A DNA stretch of 64,000 bases from Phoronis australis (GCA_002633005.1 NMRA01000350.1:255642-319641); one strand, 5' to 3'. Counted from the stretch's first letter, positions 40,876 through 51,875 are shown. Notes: generated by a model not told the origin, from the letters alone. Numbers and translations: made by a program.

Positions 40876-43800
40876 GTAATATGTTCACGCAATTACTACA
40901 ATTTCTGTTCAAGAAGTCCCACACACGTCTGTACATGTACATTTTGATTAGTCAGTTCTGTTGCCGTGGCGTATTCTCTTACAGTGCTGAAATGTTAGAC
41001 TCGCTCAGTCGAGTATGCTGAAATCTAGGAATGAAAATTTGTTCTTGCCGAGTGTCATATTCAAATTGTCTTCCCGTTTCATCAAATGAGCTTTGCGAAC
41101 AAACGTGCTCTTGGTGAAGCATTTTTTCAAAGTTCGTTTATGAATGCTGTTTTGTTGGTCTTCCTGTTCAACTAACGTGTCGGCACAAGTTTTACGCGTA
41201 CGCGTTTTACGTGACGTTATCTTCAATTTGAGTAAATAGACGAACTTGTAACATTTTCTAATATTAGAAAAGGAAAAATTCAATCAGCGTTTGCTAAAAA
41301 ATCATCATTCATTTGTGAGCATACCTTTTCCACGTCGGTCTCGTTAAAAACTCCGTTGAGGGAACGCAAACCAGTTTAGTGAAAACACATTTGTATCCTG
41401 GATTTTTAAAAACGATACGTCCACACTATTTACAGTGTAGTTTAAACCTGGGAATCTATGGTGGTGCACCAAGAAAATGGCCACCAATGAAAAAATCTTT
41501 TTTTATCTGATTAATGTTTACATAAGGCATCATTCGTGATGGAAATGACGTTGCCCGCTAAAAAACTACTGTATATCCTTGAACGGAATTCGTTTTATTG
41601 GTTATAGAATTAAAGCGAAGTTAAATTGCATTTTTGTGACTGATCATCTCCGTTTTAGCAGTTGCAGTGCTCAAAGCAATTTTATAAAACGAGGTTATGT
41701 GTTTTGATGAATTTGTTTTGCAGATCCTGTGTCCTTGTATTACAGTCAAAATGCCTTGTAAAACACGATTACGTGTACACTGTAACAGTTCTTCAACCAC
41801 GAGCAGAATGTATTTAACAAAGCTACTGAACAGTTGTCTTGAAGAATTTCCTCTAGCCTGTTTATACACGCACATAATTGTTTGAATGAATATTATATTT
41901 ACTAGATTCCACAAAGTTATGTGTTGAAAGATTCTCTAATTTCAATACGATCCCAATGCAAAGTACTGCCTTGCCAGTTATAGACTGGATTTACAAGCGT
42001 AAAGTCCAAATCAGTTAAGGAAAATCTTTGAACTGCTGCCTCGTGTCAAAGCATTTTTACTTTTGTGCTGAGGCTTCTTACAGTAGTTCTTATGTTTATT
42101 CATAAAATATTATAAACCACTGGAAAATTCTTAAACTTGAACTTTATTTGTCGATAGCAGTGTGCCTAATGTTGATTTTTCTCTTTACTTTTTTCAATTG
42201 TGTTCCATTTGAGGTAAAATATATCCTGGCTGATAACAGAAATCGAATTTGTCTGTTTTTCTTGCTCGTCCCCATACATGTACGCCTTTGATGACTAAGA
42301 AATCTTGGAGCAAGGAGAAGAAAATAGACGATTCGAAATTTCGCCTTTTTTCTACGAGCGTTGGACAAGTGCTATTTAATACTGAACTGTCGGGAAGGCT
42401 TTCTTCAAATTAAAGAAGATTTACCGAACACTCTGCCCCACACCCACGAAACTTCTGGCTCAGTGACTGTCAGGACCTGACTAGCACAAACTAGGAAGGT
42501 GTCTACTTTTTGACAAGCTTTGTTTGTTTCGAGATGGGAGAATAAGGTTGACTGCTTATGAATAACTGCCTGCTTGCTTTAATGCGTTGCCGTGCGTTGG
42601 GATTGCTCGGCTTAGACCGGTAATTAGATATCTCATCCCCATCAAGGAAGTTTATACAGTTGAGGTACTACGATGAATAGAAGACGGAGAGCATTATACA
42701 GATTTTCAAACACGAAAACGTCCAGTACACGTAAGTCATTTTTGATGACACTTAAAGTTGCTGGGTCCGAGTACGACAGCTAAAATACAAATTAAACCAT
42801 TATGTGTAAGCTATATACATCGAAACGAATCAGGATCTTTGTCCTTGGTCCAAAAAAAAAAAAATTAAAACCGCGTGTCCTTTAATTGGGATCATCGGAA
42901 AATCGGATCCGCGATAATCTTTAGAGAATGATAAGACACGGGGCATTAGAGAGACCTTTGTGTCCGAATGAAAGATCTTAAAATAGTTAATTTGGATTTT
43001 CGCGGTCTTTTACACCAAATTTTGGTTAAGTAACTGCAGCAGTTAATGACTATGAGGGTACACCTCACGCTAATTACATGAAGATAGAAAGATGCTGATG
43101 GTCCTTTAAGTTAACGAAAAGTGGCGGACATGTGTCGATAAATAGACTTATTTTAAAAATATGATCACCATTTCTCTTTGTGAGAACTTCCAAGACACCT
43201 TCACCAGATTCACCACCAGAGTCCGCTAGCGTTGACATCGATTGTGTATCTCAGATTGATAGCGGCGCTGTGAAAAGTTAGTTTATAGCCGTTTTTGGAG
43301 GGTACGAAGTCCCAATCGCAATGGCGACCATCGCTTGCTAAAATGTGTTTCATAATGATATCCAGCGATCTTCATTCATAAAGTGATGGCGAACCAGTTT
43401 GCTTACTGGTGTTATCCCGAGGGCTCCGAGCCAGAGCATTGGATTTTCGGGCACTCGATAATTTAGTCTCAAACTGAGGCGCAACCGACAAGCACGTTAA
43501 ACTGCGCACCCGCAACAAATTATCCATCCTTATATCATAGGTTGTCTGATGTACTGGGAACTTTCTGGTTGTAGTGCTAGTCCCACGCACTGTTGTACAA
43601 TGAGTATATAAGCAAACAATAAACTACTGCTATTCGCCACCTGGTCTTTAGACTGCTGCATCAACTCTTGACGTAACTGGTACATGAAAAGTAAATTAGA
43701 GAATCTGAAAAAGTCTGCTGACGTTGCGTTTATTAACAAAATTGGAAAGCAACATGGACGCCAAATGCAGTCTGTGGACGGCATTTTATCTGCTGCGATA

Positions 43801-44041
43801 TTTTGGCAGAGGGTTTCGCTTTCACTTTTTACCTAGCACTTCTGTGAGAGCACATTACAACCGTTGGAAATGACTGTGCTCGACACAAACAGTTTTGCAA
43901 AAGAAAGCGAGCCAACAAAATTTTATCTGCCCTTACAGCGCAATTTTCTACATCAGTTCTGTACTTTCAAGTTTTCAACCGTTTATATCTTTCTGCTATG
44001 CATGCAATCCATGAACATGGAAGTAATTTCAAACATTTCAG

Positions 44042-44235
44042 GTGGACTAGCGATATCTGACGAAAAGAAACTTATTAAGAAGCTGATTGGTGAATATCAG
44101 AATGTGGGACTGGTCGGGCGACCCGTGAAGTACTCGAAACAGACCATGAATGTCACATTCGGTCTTGCTCTCATACAAATTCTCGACTTGGACGAAAGAA
44201 ACCAGGTGCTCACTGCTAACTATTGGAACAGAATT
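44042..44235 (+). CDS. nAChR alpha subunit, first constant exon (GLAISDEKKLIKKL…GRPV…LIQILDLDERNQVLTANYWNRI)
   Basis: Cys-loop receptor N-terminal helix, RPV motif and loop D Trp. Boundaries tttcag| and |gtaagt, phase 1 to phase 0. Confidence 0.95.
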
Positions 44236-44415
44236 GTAAGTCCCTTTGGAACTCTGAGATGGGATGTCTTAATAAATGATAATTTGCCTCTTTGCCACTA
44301 CTGATTGTTAAGCACGTTGCGCATGGGAAACTAGGTGGAATGGAAGGAAAGCAACGGAAGAGTTAATTTTAGTCACGTGAAAATCTTAACACCTATTAGT
44401 TTTGTTGGAAGCACT

Positions 44416-44596
44416 TAAGTCTTGTCAGCACGCCATCTGTTGGTCACATCACTTGACCTAATGAATATAAGTCTGAAAAGATTTCTGCCCCCCCCCCGAC
44501 CGGGACTCAAACCCAGGACCTTCTGCTAACCGTGCAGACGCTCTAGCAACTGAGGTCACGTGATATGGCCAACAGATGGCGTGCTGGTTTGACTTA
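44416..44596. mobile_element. Inverted-repeat element enclosing a degenerate tRNA-derived (SINE-head-like) sequence on the - strand (~44497-44554)
   Basis: Arms at 44416-44459 and 44553-44596. The interior reverse complement ctcagttgctagagcg-tctgc acggtta gcaga-aggtcctgggtttgagtcccgg has A-box, anticodon-arm and B-box resemblance. Confidence 0.65.
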
Positions 44597-45207
44597 TATG
44601 TTTGCTGCACATTTTCCTCGCCAAATTGAGATTAACATATTCACATACAATGTTAGGTTTATTCAAAAATAAACCAGTGACGTATGCATATTGACAGATT
44701 TTAATATTGCCATTTAACCAATTGTGATCCTTTTGTGTTTTATTTATTCTTTATCTTCAATTCCAATATATTCGCACATGCTAAATACAGATGTGTTTCT
44801 ATTAGATTTTGTTGTTCACTAATTCGTGTGAGAGAGAGAAATATCAAGATTTTGGCCAGCAACGCAAGCACGTAAACCAAAATCAAAAAGGCTCACCATA
44901 TACGTTTCATTGCTGCAAAATTGGATGTCGGTGGAACTGCTCTTACCGAATTAGTGAGTTGCCCTGACTGGATTTTTTAGCTTTGATATGCTCAAGAAGT
45001 GCGAAATATCCGATCAAAATGTTTAGACTTTTACGTCGAATCCGTCTCTCCTTGGACTTTCCATTCATGTTTAAGTGTCACCGTAAGGGCATGCAATGAG
45101 GCATATGTTCCTAAATTTTGCTGCACACAAGAACAAGATGGCTTCACAGAAAAGTCCTGATATTAGGTATCATGACTATACAGAGTGTCCAATTGTTCTA
45201 ATTTCAG

Positions 45208-45317
45208 GGTTGGCACGATTATCTGCTGCGATGGAACCCTGAAGAATTTGGAGGTGTCTCGGAGGTCCGTGTACCACCGTCATCCGTTTGGCTCCCTGAC
45301 ATTGTTTTATACAACTA
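45208..45317 (+). CDS. nAChR exon ([37 protein letters not shown]), loop A
   Basis: WxD..L.W.P..FGG and WLPDIVLYN motifs, tttcag| and |gtaaga boundaries, 110 nt, phase 0 to phase 2. Missed by the ORF track. Confidence 0.96.
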
Positions 45318-46183
45318 GTAAGAGACTCTTATACAGGTTATACTTTTAATGCGCCTGATAGCCGCGTTCAGTTGCGGAAACTAATTTTGATTAATGCCAC
45401 TTAATGTTATGGTCTCAAATTGTTCCTTAGTAAAAGCAGACATGATTAGATCGTTATTGGTTACAGTGTGTTGTTTTATTCGACGAACAAGGTCTCGAGC
45501 ACAGCCACCTGCCGGTTCTTTGCAAAATCTAAAATCAAAACTCAACTCGTGAGTAAGGAACTATATGAGACCGATTTCATGGCGATAAGTGATCTGGATC
45601 AAAATTTAGTGTCTTCGATGGGGCGTGTATTTGCTGCCGCGTTTTTGTCACTGCAACTATAAATCAAAGTCTACACTTTCACTCATATATCCTGATCGCA
45701 TCAACGAAGCGGACAGACAATGACGACAGTTCACCAAAAAAGGTAAAATCATGCCAAACCCAAGGAGAGAAGAAATAAGTGAAAAAAATATCAGTGGTCG
45801 CATAATGAAACAAAATTAGACCGGACGCTAGGGCATATCAGATCAAATTGACCTCGGGGTAGTAATGCCCTCCGTTCATCACTCTGCGGATGGGACAGTA
45901 TTTTGCAAAACAAAGATTTTGGGATTAATCCATATTTCCATGTGTATAGTGTTTTCTCTGTAGTGTATTTGGGTGTAATAGCTGATATCCAAACTTCCAT
46001 TTGGTAACATGTAACGGGACTAAGGGTATATTACACATTATACTAGTTAGGATTATGGTACTCAACTGACCAGCTTGATACAAGGATATGGAGAAATACC
46101 TATGGCTTGCATGCGGTTTCTTGTCTAATTTCCGCTGCACCACTTTTTGCTGCATCGGCGTTTTAGCTTTGATTTGTTTTCAG

Positions 46184-46635
46184 TGCCGACGACCGCTTGA
46201 AGGAGTATCGGGATGCCATGGTCGTCGTATCGTACACCGGTGACGTAATGTGGATACCCCAAGCGATCTACAAAAGCTCGTGTCCCATTGACATAAAGCA
46301 CTTCCCTTTCGACGAGCAGAATTGTAAATTGAAATTCGGAAGTTGGACATATGACGGTTTTGAAGTGGACCTTTTCTTTGAGAACGACGAAAAGATAGAC
46401 TTAACGGAGTACGTTAAAAGTAATGAATGGAACATTCTCGAAAGTCCAGCTGTTAAGCACAAGGACTTTTATCCCTGTTGTCCAGAACCTTTTGTGGACC
46501 TAACATTCTACTTGAAAATCAAGCGGAAGGTGGCGTTTTACAATTACATTCTAATTCTTCCTTGCGTGCTTTTATCGTCTCTCACGCTGGTGCTGTTCTG
46601 GCTGCCGCCGGAATCTCCCGCCAAAATGCAGCTAG
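46184..46635 (+). CDS. nAChR exon: Cys-loop, loop B, loop C (YPCC), M1 and start of M2
   Basis: CPIDIKHFPFDEQNC, GSWTYDG, vicinal cysteines YPCCPEPF, M1 and …LPPESPAKMQL-G. Phase 2 to phase 1. Confidence 0.98.
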
Positions 46636-48562
46636 GTAAGTGATTTAACCAATGCATGTTAATCAGTGATATACATGTACTGCTCCCTTGTAGTTAGTGC
46701 ACTATAAAACAACTCCTGAGTGGTCGCAAATAAGGAACGAGGACGTCAGATAAAGCTTTTATAATTCGTGATAGGCCACTCAGGGCTCTTAGAGAGTTTT
46801 TGATTGGGCATGTACCGCGAAACGCAAAGCTGCCTATTTGGATGGCTTTATTCCCTTTGCTTTGTTTAATTTTGACAAAATTGCGAATAATTCAAGCTCA
46901 GCAAAGAAATTCCACGTTCCAAAGTGTCAAAATACCGTCGCCTCAGCTAATTGTCTCGATGGAAGAACAAACGCACATAACCTTGGTGCTCGAAATCCGA
47001 AATGTAGGGTCAGCTTATCTCTCTGAAATTCATCATACGTACTGTAGAGTGTACAGCAATCATGTCCAAGACCAGATACCTCTTTGGCGAAGAGTGGTTG
47101 GTCAACTGTTGCATTATTTGTTGTCTTTTGGCTTTGGCCTTCGTGCAGGCTACGGATTTCTGTCTGTGATTTCATGTTTTGACATATCTTCAAACTTGTA
47201 GCATTAGTCTGACTTCTAAGTCATCCGTGAGACTGATTTTAGCCAAAAGTCAAAAGACTCTTCGAGAAATAGCCTCTAGGTGGTTTCAATGTACTGACAT
47301 GTATTACTACGTTGAACTAATCACATCAGCGGAAGTTAAATATTAATGGTGGAGTCTGCTCTTAAATGAGTCTTTATGCTGGCAACGAATATTTCAACGG
47401 TTATTGGTTGTTGGGCAGTTTGCTGGCCACTCGCAACCAGGCCACATACATGTATTGTTAATATCGCAATTTACAAACCATTGTGCGTTTGGCCGGATTG
47501 TTCGCGAAAGTCACGCAGCAACCTTCCTGTGAAGACCTTAACCACCTCACTGTCGACACCGATAGAGTGGTGTGCCCTTCATGGAGTCTCGGTTCTCAAT
47601 GAGTCGTCATCTACACCTTAATTGCCTATGTACTGTCAGTAATTAGGCTTGGCACTGACGAAACAAAAGCCAGTGAGGCACTTGATGTACACCTAATATT
47701 GCTACGCGCCATTCAAGGGAAACATTCTTAAAGCTGCCATTTATTGATTACCCGACTAGACTCCATTGAGGTGCTGAAATCAACAGGGGAGAGTTAAGTA
47801 ACGCTAGGACGTAGCTAAAATTTATTCAAAACCCTGTGTTCTCAGATAAAATACTGGTAATATGTCACGTAATCTCGCGAAGTATTGCTTTTTAGCAAGG
47901 TCCTAGCGATACCGAAAAGAGGGCAGGAATCTCAACGGTGTTCAGCGCTAGCGAATAGGGAAAAAATGCACTGCATTGGGCGAGTTGATTTTTGTCTATA
48001 CTAATGGAGGTAGCCACATTGAACCTTTAACCTATAGCACCCCATCGGTGTGCGAGATGTGCAGATGAATTTTCTCTATTTTTGTTCATGTAGCTCAGTG
48101 GTCGATGCTAGGGGGCGCCATGCATCCAAATGGTATATTTCTAACGTATTTGTATAAACCATTTAGTATGTAGCACGTATTTCACGATTTTTGATGTTCC
48201 CTAGATAACATTTTGTCCCGCTTTATCCGTTTTTCAGCCATATTGGAAACGTTCCTGGATATCTTTGAAAGAAAAAAAAAGAGAAAAAAGCAATGATTAA
48301 TACGAACAACTGCATGTTAAAATTTGCTAGGCATCCTTTTTAATAATGAAACAGCCCACAAGACTATACTAACTTACCTAGTACAAAGGCGACTGACATG
48401 AGAGTGTAGCATCCGATTGGTAGGTACACGATTCGATAACAAAAGTTGGTAAGCTTTGAGTACAAATCCTCGTAGTACGCAGCAACAGTGCACCAATAAT
48501 TCAGTTACAGCCCCATCACCTCTAACTTTTTAATGACCGGTGGGTCGCTTTATTTATTTCAG

Positions 48563-48649
48563 GTATGAACATTTTTGTGGCGTTTTTCTTGCTATTATTA
48601 CTACTAACAGAAAACACACCACCGGCGTCATCGTCCATTCCTCTTATAG
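48563..48649 (+). CDS. nAChR M2 exon, variant a (GMNIFVAFFLLLLLLTENTPPASSSIPLI-G)
   Basis: 87 nt, tttcag| acceptor, AG|gtaaag donor, phase 1/1, no stops. Confidence 0.88.
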
Positions 48650-48891
48650 GTAAAGTTCGGCTAGATGAAGTGAGCGTAAAACTTACAAACTGGCATGGTT
48701 TGGTTAACTCATCAATCGTTTGCGTGCACCAATGGAAAACAATGTAACACACCGAAAGCTAGCCGTGCCACTTTGTAAACATAGCTCAAGGGTTGCACAT
48801 GTATTTAGTTTTCTATTAGTGAGTGTGTCTGTGTCTCAGTGTGATTTAGTGGAAAGAGCTGTTCGTGATGTTGCCTTGTTTATATTTTCAG

Positions 48892-48978
48892 GGATGAATA
48901 TATTTGTGGCATTTTTTGTCTTATTACTGCTGTTGGCGGAATCCACCCCTCCGGCATCCGCCTCCATTCCTCTTATAG
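48892..48978 (+). CDS. nAChR M2 exon, variant b (GMNIFVAFFVLLLLLAESTPPASASIPLI-G)
   Basis: 87 nt, ttttcag| acceptor, AG|gtaact donor, phase 1/1, no stops. Confidence 0.92.
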
Positions 48979-49397
48979 GTAACTCAACATTAAAATTGTG
49001 TCCCAAATTTATCATTCTGTTCATCTTTCGTTTTTAATTTTCGAGGCATTGTTTTCTGTCGTAATCCAATTATTGCACTTCCTCAGCTACCAATCCGTTA
49101 TTATCGCATGCTCTTCGTATGTTTATCCTCTTTTTCATTGCACCGTTTCACCCGCCGTATTCTTTGGACTTGACATCACGTAGATCGACCACTACCATAG
49201 TTTTCGGAAGTAGTGCACGTTAACATTTTGTTGTAACTGCAAGTATACCTTAACGAATACGTTCAAGTCATCTTTAAATAAAACCAATCATTTAAAATTT
49301 GCTCGCTGCATGTATCATAATTTACTTGATTTGAAATTACTGGATGTTTTTACAAACACGCTTTCCAAACTTAGCTCAATGCAAAATCGATGTGATT

Positions 49398-49658
49398 CAT
49401 GCGCGCACCCAGGGAGGTGAGGGGATGAGGGGGTCTCGAACGAGCCCCACATTTTGCGAAGTGGGCAAAACGATCCGCCTCAGAGAAACAAATAGCCCGA
49501 GGAAACGAGACAAAAGTCCACTAAAAAGGCGCAGACGCACAGTTCACAGTTTTGAAGGTGGTACTCCGTTTTTTTTAGTCTTCCAGCTTTTTTGTTAGCA
49601 AAAGGTCCACTTTGACAGAAATTCGAGCCCCCCAAACTAAAGGCTGGGTGCGCGCATG
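49398..49658. mobile_element. MITE with perfect 15-bp TIRs (catgcgcgcacccag…ctgggtgcgcgcatg)
   Basis: TIRs are directly visible; 261 bp with a GC-rich interior. Confidence 0.8.
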
Positions 49659-50834
49659 TAATTTGCAGAATTAAACGCACACATGTGCATATAAGTTAAC
49701 AAGTGCTGGGTGCACACGTTGAGGATGCTCACTCTGTGGAATCGGAGTTTGGTAATTTCCAAGTGATGTCATCATGTAAATTCGTGTACCGCACGCGCAA
49801 TTTTGTTTGATAATAATTTACCATAACAGATTCTTGAATGAATTCGTACAAACCATCTCTTCATAATAATGTTATGATATGGTGTACTGTACATGTTTTG
49901 ATAAGAATTTATATTAATGGCTGATATTATTGTTCATGCATGTTTGTTTTCAATCATTATCATTTATTTCTTGTCAATGAGAAATGCAAAATGACCAAAA
50001 GATGTTTTCCATGAATGGTGGTATAAATGACAACCACATAGACAGACTAATAATCACTGGAAATCGGACTAGAATGGACTCACATCAGCTAAAATGGGCT
50101 GGACGAATAAATACAGCCCAACCGATATTTACGTTTTGTCATTTAGTGAATCTACATGTACAAACGCTTCAGGACATCATTCATTTCATCAATCTGTGTT
50201 CAGGATGAATTAGTTTTACCAATCTTATTCTACTATATTCTATAAACGAATTCGAGCGAAGGCAACGCGTAAACGAATACTAGAAACTGAATAGTGTACA
50301 CCTGCATGTGTAGTCAGTTACATTTTCCGAATCTCTATCTATTTTATTTCCTAAGCTGCACTGTGTAGATAACACGCGTTTGAAACACAAAGTATTGCCC
50401 TCGATGAGATAGCCTTGCAACAATCGAGAAAAAAACTTACAAAGCTGTATGCCACGCCACTTACCATGGGCAGCAGACAATGTCAATTACGTTAGTACTA
50501 CTGATTAGAACGGAGATTTCTAAACAAAGCTAGCATTTTGGGCGTGATCACCATTTGTTTTTGTTTTGAAAGTCACTTGGTTGTATACATATGGGTTGTT
50601 TCTGTTGATTTGAAGTTATGTTGCCCAGTTAACATCCTATTTTTCCTTAAAATCAAAATTATTATCTTGTCTTGCAAACAGAAAAAATAATAAGTAAACT
50701 TGATATATACCAAGGCAAGGTCGCATTTTGCATGAGTGTTTGAAGGATCAATGATTGCGTGATAGTCTTACAGTTTAATCTTGTCACTTCGCTTAGACAC
50801 AATGCCTTTTTCTGTCGACACTCAGTATAAGACC

Positions 50835-51191
50835 CAGAGTCTAATCTCTTTACTCGAAATCGAGCTAGTCGAAATTATTTTTGGCATTTTGTATTCTGCC
50901 CTGTGCTCGAGTACATCATCACTGCTCGCGTGAATAACCTTCTAATCCTAGTTTGCACTTAATAACCCCCGCATTAAACCAAAAAGTTCGAGTCTGAAAT
51001 CGAAGACTTGGAGTTTTTACTCGAGTTTATAACTCGAATCTAGGGGTTACAATTGCAAACTAAGGGACTAGAAACTCGTATGCATAAACCATAATGTTCT
51101 CGCGCACAGAATAATCTGGATTTATCTCGAGTTCGCACAAGAGTGGAATGAAAAATGCAATACTAAGTTCGAGTTCAAAGATTAGAGCCCG
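50835..51191. mobile_element. MITE-like element with imperfect TIRs
   Basis: gtctaatctctttactcgaa pairs with ttcgagttcaaagattagag; a related copy lies at 39261. Confidence 0.55.
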
Positions 51192-51875
51192 GTTCCTGAT
51201 GAGAACGTAGCATTTCTTAGCAAACACATTCACCAAGTATCTTGCTCGTGCTTTCGATATTGTTAGCCGGTGTTGTTTTAAAGGAGTTTGCGTGAACCTT
51301 CATTCAACACTTTGTCTAAGTGCTTGTTTTTGGCACTAAGTTTCAAACTTTTTTTGAAATATTCGATTTAAAATACATGTGTTATTACCATCCCATGAAA
51401 ACATGCCCTTATCATACTCCTGACATGCACAGTTGCGCACTACCGGTATACCCATGTGCATAAAAAGGGGCAAACTGTTGTACCCACGTAAAATCATGGA
51501 ACAAAAATTTTGATAAAAATTTTGAATTGTCGAATTTTTCTGCACACCATCGTTTTAAGCATAAGTTTAAAGAATACAGTCTCCACGTTTTCCTCCATAA
51601 CATACTCCTTAATTTTCTGATCAGACTCAGTAGCAATGCCTTTTTCAATTTTTGTTCGATTTCCGGTCGTGTGCAATGATTGAATTTGAGCTCTGAAAAT
51701 GGATATTTTACATCATTGTATGTACTTTCACACAGCCTAGTTCCATTTAGAATCTCACGTCATAAAGAAAGCATTCGTATCAGTGTGAAATAGCACACAT
51801 TAATCAAGTATCACTTGACCACGAGTTGGAAACATACCTGTGTGTTCAATGGACTTTGTATTCCTCTTCTTTTAG

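Noticed and set aside
42568-42630. Hydrophobic mini-ORF MNNCLLALMRCRALGLLGLDR with donor CG|gtaatt
   Set aside because: The donor is in phase 2, which is incompatible with the phase-1 acceptor at 44042.
44497-44554. Functional tRNA gene
   Set aside because: No proper acceptor stem, a mutated T-loop (TTTGA) and an atypical anticodon loop. Treated as a tRNA-derived repeat.
48563-48978. M2 exon duplication as an assembly artefact or haplotype duplicate
   Set aside because: The copies differ at 23/87 nt, mostly synonymously, and the flanking introns are largely unalignable. This is far beyond allelic divergence.
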